DNA from: Eledone cirrhosa
Lineage: Eukaryota
Direction: 5' to 3'
NCBI GenBank assembly: GCA_964016885.1
Contig: OZ024744.1
Span: 5,952,001-6,016,000, forward strand
DNA length: 64,000 bases
Shown here: one piece after another, positions 21,660-33,387 of the stretch
How the letters are laid out: each line of letters opens with the position of its first letter
Position numbering within the stretch: the stretch's first letter is position 1
Notes under the pieces: model-generated
Told to the model about the DNA's origin: nothing
Database searches by the model: none
Seen by the model: only the letters and a program-made list of their open reading frames with translations
Position numbers and translations under genes: made by a program

Positions 21660-24600
21660 AAACAACAAAACCAAAGCAGCACAGCAACAACAGCAAAAAA
21701 TGAGAAAAACAAACAGAGAAAAACAAAAACAAAAAAAAACCCCCCAAAACGTAAAGAAAATAAGAATGAAGAGAGAAGCAGGCGGACGGACAGAGAAGAG
21801 GGGGGAAAAAGTAAAACTTAAAAAACAAAAACTAAGTCAGACATTCGAACACTACATTACAATGAAACTTATGCTTATTCATTTTTGGGGCCCTTTCTGC
21901 CTGTGTGTTTGTTTGTTTATGTGTGTTCGTATACAGCGTGGTGATAATGCCACACAAGGGCCAAGTGGAATGGCGGATCCACAGATGGCTATGTAACCAT
22001 ACATTCGCCAATCCTCGATAAGAGTGTTTAAATATCGAACATAAACAGTTCGAATAACGGTGAAATGGAGACTAGAACGTCATGTGACAGACTCTCACCC
22101 AACAGGTGCCCCCTGGCTCAGCAGCAGGAACCTGACTGTCAACCAAATACTGCTGATGTTGGAGGAAAGAGAAGAAGGAAAGGGGCCAGAACCAACTGGA
22201 CGAAAGAATTGAATAGAACTGTTATGCAATGTTACCTGAAAAGTAACCCCAAGGAGAGGGGCTACAGGAGATGGATGCATAATATCTGGAACGAGATTGG
22301 TTTATTTAAATTAGATGAACAAAAATTGGCCGGGCAGGCTCGGGTAATAAGAACTAATGGGTGGATAAGCGAGCTGGAACTGGAGGAACTGAGCAGAGAG
22401 AATGGCTTGGAGATGGCGGGTGTAGTATGCCAGACAAGCGAGCCAGTGGGAAATGAAGGTGAAGAGGTCCTGAGAACGGAGGAACCACCCGAAGCAGACA
22501 ATGATCTGAATACTGAGATAAATAATACCTGGAACAGAGATACGGCCACTGAGGAGATGAATGCTGACGGGCTAGGACAAGATTCGGTTGACATTCTAAA
22601 TTTAGTGGTAGATGAATTGAACAATGATAGTGGGAGACCTATGAACCTAAGATTTCTAGACAGGAAAAAGTTAAAAGAAACAACAGCTAAGGTAAACAAA
22701 GTCATCCCATACCTTGAGGCGAGGAGCCTTCACCAGTGCAACAATATCCTCAAAGCAACAGCAAATACGGTGAGGAAACTACTTGGTATAAAAGCGAGAG
22801 GAAACAACAGACAAGAAAGAGCAGAGCCATGGTGGAAGAAGCGACTGAGTGGGCAAATCGGGGAAATGAGAAATGACATAGGAAAGCTTGAGTCACTACT
22901 GAATGGGACACTAAAAAACATAGGCACTAAAAATAGACTGGAAATAAAATACAAAACTAGGAGGAAAAAGCTAAATATTATCATAGAGGAACTGAAGCAA
23001 CGCATTGTAGCAAAGAGTGCAAAAATCAGGCGATACGAGAACAGAGTCAGTCAGTATAAACAGAACCGCATGTTCGACAACAACCAGAAGATGCTGTTTG
23101 GACAGCTTGAGGGGAAAGAAAGAGGCAACGACTTGATCCCTGGGGCGGAGCAAACTAAAACATTCTGGAGAGGAATATGGGAGCAGGATGTTAGACATAA
23201 TGTCCAGGCAGGGTGGATTGAGACAGTACAGAGGGAGATCGGTGAGCAGGCACAACAACAGACTGATTTGAGTATCACAGTTGAAACTCTTAAGGGGCAG
23301 ACCAAAAAACTAACCAACTGGAAATCACCTGGCCCAGATGGTGTGCAGGGGTATTGGATTAAACATTTAACATCCCTCCACCCGACTGACGGCCATGTTC
23401 AATGACTGCTTGGTGTCGGGTGAGGTACCAGAGTGGTTGACAAAAGGTACCACAGTTCTGATAATGAAAGACCGAATCAAGGGTAATGATGTTACCAACT
23501 ATAGACCTATCACATGTCTGTCCGTAATGTGGAAACTGTTGACGAGCATTGTGTCTGAGGAAATCTACCATCACCTCCACACAAACAACTTGTTACCGGA
23601 CGAACAGAAAGGATGCCGAAAGAAGTCACGTGGTACAAAGGACCAGTTACTTATTGATAAGATGGTAATGGGGAATTGCAGAAGGAGACACACTGATCTT
23701 GCCATGGGATGTATAGACTACAGAAAGGCATTTGACATGGTGCCTCATTCTTGGATCACCAAAAGCCTAGAGATCTTCAGGGTGGCAGATAACATCAGAC
23801 AGTTGCTGGGCAGGAGTATGGGGTCCTGGGAGACAGAGTTGACATCAACTGGAGTATCCTTGGGAAGCGTGAAGATCAAGAGAGGTATCTTCCAGGGAGA
23901 TAGCCTGTCCCCTCTATTGTTTGTCCTTGCCCTGATGCCCTTGACCATCATGCTGCGAAAAGTGAGAGCAGGATACAAGTTGGGAAGGGGAGAGCTTACC
24001 ATCAATCACCTCCTCTTCATGGACGATCTTAAGCTCTTCGAGAAAAGTGAGAAGGAGTTGGATGTGCTTGTTGACACTGTCCGTATTTTCAGCAGTGATA
24101 TATGTATGCAGTTTGGTATTGGTAAATGTGGAGTCATTGTGATGAGGAGGGGTAAATTGAGCAGAAGCAACGGAATCCTGGTGAGATGATAAAGGAATTT
24201 GATACTGACGAATACAAGTATTTGCGTGTTCTGGAGGCTGATGACATCAAGAACAAAAAAATGAAGGAATTGATAAGATCTGAATACATTCGGAGAATAA
24301 GGAGCGTATTAAAGTCACATCTGAACAGTAGGAATGCCATAAGTGCAGTAAATTCCCGAGCTGTGTATATTATTAGGTACAGTGCGGGAATTCTGAGATG
24401 GAATGTTGCTGAACAAAAAGAAATGGATAGGAAGACTAAGAAGCTATTGACTATCTACAACATGTTCCACAAAAGGAGTGATGTCGATAGACTCTACTTA
24501 AGGAGAACTGAAGGTGGAAGAGGTCTTATCAGCATAGAGGACTGTGTTCAGATGGAGAAAAACAACCTACACAAATACGTGACTGATAGTAGGGAGCCAA

Positions 24601-25511
24601 TGCTCAGAATTGTACTGGAAAATAGACCAGGGGATATCCAAGGAGGAAATAACAACAAGGAGAAACAGCAACCTTCATGAAAACTCCCTTCATACTACCT
24701 TCTTTGAGAAAACTGAATTCATAAATCCACAGACATGGAACTGGTTGAAAAGAGGAGACCTTAAAAAGGCTATAGAAGGAATGTTAATGGCTGCGCAGGA
24801 GCAGGCCCTCAAAACGAAGTGGTTGAAACACCATATTTACAAGGAGGAGGCTAGCCCACTGTGCAGGATCTGTGGAGAGAGAGAGGAGACTGTGGCTCAC
24901 ATTGTATCCGAGTGTAAGCACCTAGCCCAGACTCACTATAAGGGCTGGAGAGATGATGTGATGGGCAGGGTGATCCACTGGCATCTATGCAAAGTAAACA
25001 ATTTACCACATTCTGAGAAGTGGTATGAGCATAAGCCAGAGTCGGTGATAGAAAACGATCACGTGAAGGTGCTATGGGATTTTAGGATACAGACGGACAA
25101 GAAACTGGAACACAATAGACCTGACCTGGTCGCTTTGGACAAGGGAAAAAGATCGTGTCTGATTGTGGATGTGGCCTGCCCATTTGACACGAGAGTGCAA
25201 GAGAAGGAGAGGGAGAAAATTAAACGATACCAGGACTTAAAGTGGGAGGTAAAAAGGATTTGGAACTGCCATGAGGTCAAAGTGGTCCCGATTGTCATAG
25301 GCGCACTAGGTACTATCTCAAAGAGTTTCCAAGGATGATTAAAGAAAATTGGCCCCTTCACGCTTTTTGGAACGCTTCAAAAGACATGCTTGCTGGGAAC
25401 AGCAAGAACCCTCCGATACGTCATGAATATCTGAGGCTGCAGGTAGTGGCTTGATATTCATTTCAACAAACTTTCCAGTTAACTAACATCAATGACTGAG
25501 ACTCAAAGAAC
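21660..25511 (+). mobile_element. R4/Dong-clade RLE element, family B (copy RB1), near full length, decayed
   Basis: A-rich 5' region, ORF from 22065, and a 3' end running into (AAT)15. Confidence 0.92.
22065..25434 (+). pseudogene. RB1 polyprotein (RT, CCHC, RLE) with frameshifts, deletions and a stop
   Basis: Fragments 22065..23405, 23395..24189, 24186..24680 and 24610..25338. Motifs: [73 protein letters not shown]. Confidence 0.92.

Positions 25512-25557
<46 letters not shown>
25512..25557 (+). repeat. (AAT)15
   Basis: Read directly. Confidence 0.95.
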
Positions 25558-26163
25558 GGTGTCCGAGTGTAAACACCTAGCCCAGACCCACTATAAGGGC
25601 TGGAGACACGATGTGATGGGCAGGGTGATCCACTGGCACCTGTGCAAAGTAAACAATCTACCACATTCTGAGAAATGGTATGAGCATAGGCCAGAGGCGG
25701 TGATGGAGAACAGTCAGGTGAAGGTGCTGTGGGATTTTAGGATACAGACGGACAAAAAACTGGAACACAATAGACCTGACCTGGTGGTTGTGGACAAAGA
25801 AAAAAGATCGTGCCTGATTGTGGATGTGGCCTGCCTGTTCGACACGAGAGTGCAAGAGAAGGAGAGGGAGAAAATTAACCGATACCAGGACCTAAAGTGG
25901 GAGGTGAAAAGGATTTGGAACTGCCATGAAGTCAAAGTGATCCCGATTGTCATAGGCGCACTGGGGACTATCTCCAAAGGTTTCCAGGGATGGTTAAAGA
26001 AAATCGGCCCCTTCACGCTTTTTGGAACGCTTCAAAAGGCATGCTTGCTTGGAACGGCAAGAACCCTCCGATACGTCCTGAATATCTGAAGCTGCAGGTG
26101 GTGGCTTGATATTCAATCCAACGGACTTTCCAGTTAACCAACATCAATGACTGAGATTCAAGG
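25558..26163 (+). mobile_element. 5'-truncated R4 family B copy (RB2): RLE domain plus 3' UTR only
   Basis: ORF 25559..26089 (RHD, RPDLV..VDVAC, KINRYQDL) is paralogous to the RB1 3' end. Flanked by AAT tracts. Confidence 0.92.
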
Positions 26164-26196
26164 AATAACAATAACAATAATAATAATAATAATAAT
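26164..26196 (+). repeat. (AAT)n tract with two AAC variants (11 units)
   Basis: Read directly. Confidence 0.9.
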
Positions 26197-29100
26197 GTAT
26201 TCAAAAAAAGAAAATGGTTATAAATGGAAGAAAACACCCTCTGTCTACACTATATAGAACAGCCAAATAACAGCAATTTCACCAACACCAGAAACTTGAT
26301 ACACCACCTATCCCATCACACTAAATATAACAGCCAGATAACGGCAATTTCACCACCACCACCATCAATCCCGGCATGATAATAATAATTACTATTATTA
26401 TTGTCTCAAATTTTAACAAAATGTTTAATTCCAATTTTACGGGAATATGTCAACACAATATATATTAAACAAACGAACACAAACTCATAGATACTACATA
26501 TCACAAAACCCAGTAACCACAACGCCACCGCCGCCACCACCCCATCCATCATCTTGCTACCACTATCCCATCGCCGCCGCCACCACTCCTTCATTGCTAC
26601 CACCACTATTCCCCTGTTAACTTGAGAGAGAAAGGGGAAGGTGGCGGTATCACTAGACAAGGGAGAGGCTAGCAAAAGATATAAATAGATTGACTTAGTG
26701 ACCTGGCCACCGGCCAAACGTCAACATCAACAAATATGGGACTGCTGGCTCACCACTTCCTCACCAACAATATAAAAAGCCCCGGCACCACCACCGACAT
26801 AGCCAACAACAATAACAGCCAACTACAACAAAAAGTATATTATATTATTGTAATGCACTGGGTGATTGCTGGCCTTGTGCCTGGAGTGGAGACAATTATT
26901 AATAATTTCATTCTTAAGCCACGCAATGCTCACATTAAGGAACCACTCATGATAATAACAATTTAAAAAAAAAACAACGAAAAGAAAACCCCGTGACCAA
27001 GAAATACCGGGATGGCGGCCGGCGGGGAATAGCCGTGTCTCTAGGGGAGGACGACCCCTCTAGTCTTGGTTGACACTCGTTCTAGAAGTGGTAACACGAA
27101 ATGATTACCCCTTGGCGGATAAGGATAAAACGCGACAAAATAAAGTAGATGTCTAATGATGAAATCTCATACCGGATCGGCCGTCACCCGGGTAAAAAAG
27201 GGCCGCGTCCCCCAGAGAGGAACCAGACTGGGGTCGAAAAATCAGCTAATGGTTCAAACCTTCCCATCACTTCGGAGCTGGAGACCTCCCATAACCGGAA
27301 TACTCCTACTGTTGGGCCTCCATGCTCACCACCAAGAAATCCAAAGAAAAAGAGAGAAAAATGGTCAAGGGAAGATAATAAAGAAGTCCTTGAGGCTTTC
27401 TACACTGCCATGTACTACCCATCAAATACATCGAATACAGAACAGACATATATCAACTGGAAAAAGAAACATCCCGAAAACAGAGGCTATATTGACAGTA
27501 ACAAACTAGCCAATATACGAAGAAATATTGTAAGAAAAAAGTTACTAACTGATATAGAAATTGATCAGATCAAGCTATTAGCACAAAGTCAGCGAAGGGG
27601 AAATGAAACATGTGTCAGTGAAAACGAGGTAAACTGTAACACTTCGAACCCCAGGGTTGGGGCGGAATCACTGGCAACAGAACAAATTAAAGAAAGGATC
27701 GAAAAAGTGGAGGGAGTGCATGCTCAGGATGAAACTCCAAATGAAAATAATGAGATCGTAAATGATAAAGAAATGAATTAGAATGAACTTGCCAACTTGA
27801 AGGATGAAATTATGATCGAATGGATGAAAATGAAAGAATCTGACATGGGGCAACGAGAAACCCTCCCTAATTCCAGAACTCCAAACAGAACCAAAAGATA
27901 ATACACAAGACTAACATAATTCTCAAAAACATTATCATCACAAACAAACTAAACATTACTGATTTAAATCATCTCTATTATGCATCGGCTAAAGTCACCA
28001 CTCACTTATGTGGAGTGAAGATGAAAAAACAAAAGAATTCCCACAAGAAATCTACTTGGCAAGAGAACATCAATCGCCAAACAAACCTTCTCCGATCTGA
28101 CAGAAATTTTAACAAACTATAAAGTAGGTGAACATGTTAAATAAACTAAACTTAGAAAATTGAAAAAAAAGTACAGTATAAAATCAACATGTGACATAGA
28201 CATGCTGATAGAAATAATCAAGCAAAAAGTGTCGGCCAAAGCTGCTCGTATAAGGCGCTTTGAAAAACGATCTAGATTCTATAAGGACAATAATATGTTC
28301 AAAAACAACCAAAGAAACTTCTACAGAAAAATTGGTAAGTCAACAATAACTGCTAAATCAATACCACCCAAGGAGGAAGTGCAAGAATTCTGGGAAAAGA
28401 TCTGGGCCGAAGAAAAAGTTCATAACATACATGCCCCATGGATAGACAGACAAATGAAAGAAACAGCTCACCTTGAAGAACAAACATGGGAAAATATAAC
28501 AGTTGAACAGCTGCGCTTGGCTCTAAGAAAAACCAGCAAATGGAAATCCCCAGGAAAAGACAAAATACAAAACTTTTGGATAAATGCATTCACAGAGTCT
28601 CATGAGCTGTTAGCCCAACTTTACAATGAAATAGTTAAGGAGCCAGAAAAGATACCATCATGGCTAGTTAACGGCATTACATTCCTGCTTCCGAAGAATG
28701 ATGAGACAAACAATCCCAAAAATTACAGACCGATAACCTGCTTGACCACAATGTATAAAATTTTAACATCAGTCCTAACTGAATACACATATGACCACCT
28801 GATAACAAATGACCTATTTCCCATTGAGCGGAAAGGGTGTAAACGAGGCTCATATGGCTGTAAGGATCAGCTTCTGGTTAACAAAATGATACTGGAAGAT
28901 TGTCATAATAGACACAAAAATCTATCGATTGCTTGGATAGATTATAAAAAAGCATTCGATAGTTTGCCACACAGTTGGATTGAAAAATGTTTAGAGATTT
29001 TCAAAATATCCCCCGTTGTCAGGAGGTTTTTGTCATTCAGTATGAAGACATGGAAAACGACACTCCTTTTGAATAGTGAAACAAAATCACTGGAAGCTGG

Positions 29101-30940
29101 AGAAGTTAATATTAATTGTGGAATTTTTCAGGGTGACTCTTTATCACCGCTTTTATTCTGCATCGTACTTATACCATTAAGTAAAATGCTCAATGAAACA
29201 AAACATGGATATAACGTCTATGACAAAACCATTAATCACCTGTTCTACATGGATGACCTGAAACTATTTGCAAAAAATGATGAACAATTGCAAGGGCTAT
29301 TATCGACTGTGGAGCAGTTCAGTGATGACATTAAAATGGAGTTTGGACTAGATAAATGCGCCAAAGCAACGTTCACCAGAGGAAAGCTGCTGAAGAGTTC
29401 AGACATTAATGTTGATCGGGGGAACGTGATAAGAGAACTGGATCAAGAAAAAACTTACAAATATCTAGGTGTTTGTGAAGGAGACGGAATCAAGCACTCG
29501 ACAATGAGGGAAAGGATAAGGAAGGAATGTTACCGCAGAGTAAGAGCAATCTTAAGAACGGAATTGAATGCAAGGAATAGGATCGATGCCATAAACACGC
29601 TTGCCATACCAGTAGTAACCTACAGTTACAATGTCATCAACTGGTCAAGCACAGAGATCCGTAGGCTCGATACAAAAATTCGAAAATTCTTAACCATGCA
29701 CAGAATGCATCACCCTAAGGCAGATATAGATAAATATATCTCCCTAGGAAAGAAGGAGGACGTGGGTTAATCCAGTTAGATATTGAGTTGAAAACTGCAA
29801 CAATTGGATTATCTACATATCTAAGGGAATCACATGATTGGATGATCAAACTCGTTTTGAAACACGAAAGCATCAAAAGATCATACTCCATTAAAAAAGA
29901 TGCACAAAGATACAGTAATGGATTACAAATTTCAGAAGTCCCATTTACTGCTGAAATGGAAAACACGGAAAAAGCAAAGCAGGTAAAAGTAACTGCAAAG
30001 AAAGAACTGCTACAGAAACTGGCTAAGAAATGGCAAGAAAAGCCTCTGTATGGAAAATACCCAGAAAGAGCTAACAATCCTGATGTTGACAAAACTTTAA
30101 CCCATCAGTGGTTGGCATCCTCTGGACTGAAATCGGAGACTGAAGGACTGATTATATCAGCACAAGATCAGTGTCTGCCAACAAAAAATTACCAAGCCAA
30201 CATAATAAAAAATGGATGCAACCGATTATGCCGTGTATGTAAAAAACAACCAGAGACCATTGACCATATAATTTCAATGTGCAGTCCTATAGCTCCAACC
30301 GAATACCCAAACAGGCACGACAGAGCTGCACAATACATACATTGGATAATGTGTAAGCATTTTGACCTGCCCCATCAAAAGAATTGGTGGGAGCATCAAC
30401 CACCTTCCATACTTGAAAAAGATCATATCTCAATCTTGTGGAACTTTAGCATCCAAACAGACCGATAAATAGATGCAAATAGACCTGATATAATATTGAA
30501 GGACTTTAAAAAGAGGGTATGCCTGCTAATTGATATGTCCGTTCCAATAGACAAGAATGTATCTATAAAAACATTTGAAAAATTGAGCAAGTATAAAGAC
30601 CCGGAGATAGAAATTGGAAAAATGTGGAAATTGATAACTAAAACAATACCAGTGGTTATAGGCGCTCTGGGAATGATACGTAAGGGGTCTAATGATTACT
30701 TATCGCAAATCCCAGGAAACCCGCGTATAGGAGAAATACAAAAGATAGTACTAATGGGAACTGCCCATATACTAAGGAAGATTCTGTCAATATAAGTACA
30801 TCACAAGTCTAAACACTAAAGATGCATGTGTGTGTATGTATGTTCTTTCTTGAACATGGCGGACCTTGTTGTCTCTTGAGGTCACTGGTTGTGACTTGGT
30901 GATAACTCGTATGAACATAAAGCAAGATAAATGCCACTGT
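26197..30940 (+). mobile_element. R4/Dong family A, second copy (RA2)
   Basis: High identity by eye to 10902-15594. AAT tracts at both ends. Confidence 0.93.
27149..30795 (+). pseudogene. RA2 polyprotein with several stops and frameshifts
   Basis: Fragments 27149..27781, 28160..29770, 29788..30468 and 30496..30795. The lesions differ from those in RA1. Confidence 0.92.
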
Positions 30941-30961
30941 AATAATAATAATAATAATAAT
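30941..30961 (+). repeat. (AAT)7
   Basis: Read directly. Confidence 0.95.
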
Positions 30962-31790
30962 GCTTTCTTTATTAACGACAAGGGTTTACATAAAGTAGAC
31001 ATTAAAGACAGTACAGGACAATACAGGACAATACATGGGCATTTCTGCGTGTAAAAAAAACAAAAAACAGGATGTAACAAAAAATAACTATGAAAAATTC
31101 CCCAATAGGGGGAGACTTCCGAGGGACATTTGTGGAGAAAGACCATTAAAAGGCCACAGTGACCCTGACCACCAGGGCAAGTGCCCTCTCCCAGTTTTCC
31201 ACCTATAATTTACAGACACATACTCAGAGTAGGCCCATTCACTCGGGCCATTCTTGCCTCTCTCACCCATCTTTCAACAAAAAGCTGGGAAGAGAGTACT
31301 TCCCCCTCTACCCTGATTTTCCTTTTCAAATGAAATTTGAAAAAGTTAATCAGGGCATCACCGAAGAGGTAAGTGCTCGTCTTCAGCCCTTTCAAACGTG
31401 TCCACCATATTATCTCTTTCGCCATGGCCACCAGACAGATAAAAACTGCCTGCCCTTCCGGGCTAAAGGAGGAGGGTGGGGCAATCCTCACGATGGACTC
31501 AGATGATAGCCGGATCCGTCCTACACGTGACAGCAGGTGTTCGACATAAACCCACAAGTCAGCAATACTCGGACACTGGACGAGTGCGTGCAGGATGGTT
31601 TCGTCGCCCTATGCGCATCTCGGACATGCCCGGCTGACGGCACCTCCATGCCTGTAGAGTTTATCCCGAACTGGCAAAGCTCCTCGGTAGCACTGCCAGG
31701 CCAGAGATTTCTGGAAGTTGTCCATAGCCCCTGGCCCGAAAGTTCTTCCGAAGAGATTGGTTAGTTGATTTTCGTCGACGCCTAGAGTTT
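30962..31790 (-). mobile_element. 5'-truncated Tx1 family 3 copy (T3b): ORF2 C-terminus plus 3' UTR
   Basis: Homologous to 15622-16446. ORF 31210..31557 matches the ORF2 C-terminus. Confidence 0.92.
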
Positions 31791-32273
31791 GGAAAATATA
31801 TCACTATAGTGTGTGTGTTTGTGACAGCTCACACCTATGCAGGTTTAGCTGGCCTCCTCCAAGGTATATCTCGTTAGAGGTGTCTTGTGTAATTTAATGA
31901 TAGGGACCTCACTCCCTATCATCTCATTTCTACAGCTGAGTAAACTGGAGCAATGTGAAATAAAGTGTCTTGCTCAAGGAAACAACACATCACCCGGTCT
32001 GAGAATTTAACTCACAACCTTTCGATTGCAAGATATCACTATAGCATCATCATTTATTTCATTATATATATTTCAAGGATAGTTATAAACCTCATGAGGT
32101 TAACTTAAAATCGGCATGTCATTTTAAGTTGACCGCATGAGTTGTATTTTATGGGTATGTCCCCATCTTATACATCAAATATTGTATTTTATCTGATGAA
32201 AGTATACTATAAATTAGTATCCTTGAAATATATATAATGAAATAAATTAGGATGCTATAGTGATATATTTTCC
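31791..32273. mobile_element. AT-rich fold-back/MITE-like element whose left arm is interrupted by a SINE
   Basis: GGAAAATATATCACTATAG (31791) plus 32045-32090 is the reverse complement of about 32219-32273. Central inverted repeat CATGAGGTTAACTTAAAAT..ATTTTAAGTTGACCGCATG. Confidence 0.7.
31810..32032 (-). mobile_element. 5'-truncated tRNA-derived SINE with (CA)n tail and 12-bp TSD
   Basis: TSD ATATCACTATAG at 31798-31809 and 32033-32044. The minus strand has a degenerate B-box then TTCCTTGAGCAAGACACTTTATT (CORE-like central motif). Confidence 0.8.
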
Positions 32274-32385
32274 ATTTATTACTATTATTATCATAATACT
32301 CCAGATAAAGTTCACTGTCGAGTGCTTCGTATCTGTTATGAACATAACTCTGGTGAATACTTATCAACAAAGCATATAACTCTTT

Positions 32386-32388
<3 letters not shown>

Positions 32389-32450
<62 letters not shown>
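32389..32450. repeat. (TA)n microsatellite
   Basis: Read directly. Confidence 0.95.
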
Positions 32451-32451
<1 letters not shown>

Positions 32452-32520
32452 CGTGTGGTAAGGAACCAGGTGGACCATAACGCACCAAAGTACTCAATAC
32501 TTGGGGTAGTAGAGTGGGTA

Positions 32521-32633
32521 ATAGGAACCAGTAAGACCCCGACGGCTGAGCTCAAGCCGTTTCGACGGCTAATTCAGAATTGCGAATTAGCCGTCGAAAC
32601 GGCTTGAGCTCAGCCGTCGGGGTTTTACTGGTT

Positions 32634-32638
<5 letters not shown>
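32521..32638. repeat. Near-perfect GC-rich palindrome (55-bp arms, 8-nt loop, one mismatch)
   Basis: ATAGGAACCAGTAAGACCCCGACGGCT...AATTC agaattgc GAATT...AGCCGTCGGGGTTTTACTGGTTCCTAT. Confidence 0.95.

Positions 32639-32684
<46 letters not shown>
32636..32684. repeat. (TA)n microsatellite
   Basis: Read directly. Confidence 0.95.
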
Positions 32685-32687
<3 letters not shown>

Positions 32688-32724
32688 TGTAATTTGAGTT
32701 ATTCGAATATTAATAATTGTTTCT

Positions 32725-32812
32725 ACGTTAGGCACAAGGCCAGCAATTACCCAGTGCATTACTGGTACTTTATTTTATCGACCCCGTAATGATGAAAGGC
32801 AAAGTTAACCTT
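32725..32812 (-). mobile_element. Decayed SINE fragment (Nin-domain-like)
   Basis: ACTGGTACTTTATTTTATCGACCCCG..ATGAAAGGCAAAGT resembles a widespread mollusc SINE core (from memory). A related piece lies near 34958. Confidence 0.5.
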
Positions 32813-33387
32813 GAATAATAACATTCGATTCGTTTGCAATTATGCAAACAACCCTTAATTTTATAGCCATGTCAGTAGAATGAACCCTTCATCCTTGCTC
32901 TTGTGTTGGCATGGGAACAGAACTGCAGACACTAATGTTTCTGGGTATCACCCTTCATCAGTACAGCTCACTGTTCACCTTACAAACTGTCAGAGCTAGT
33001 GAAAATATATGCTATTTTCAAAAATACACAGTGACTGATCGGCCTGATTTGCATATTAGAAGACTGACTGATCTGTCAGATCTGCATAATAGCAGATCCA
33101 CTGATTAGCCAGATTTACATATTAGCAGACTGACCAGTCAGTTTCCTGTATACGAGCGATAAATGGCCGGCTTTGCCAAATTCAAATAACCATTTCTCAA
33201 CCGATTTTGATGATTTTTTTTCCAATATGCTCCAAATTTACCAACGATGGTCAACGTGTAATAAACTTTGCCAAATATTTCCTGCTTCTATGAAAAACAT
33301 CGATAAAGCTAAATATATGCTGTAACCCTCTCTTACACGCTTAACCCCTCTCTCTACTACCCTCAAAAATTGAACTTTCATACATAT

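Noticed and set aside
32555-32605. Hammerhead ribozyme in the palindrome (minus-strand CTGAATTAGCCGTCGAAAC)
   Set aside because: It lacks the CUGANGA core and a proper stem II. The resemblance is superficial.
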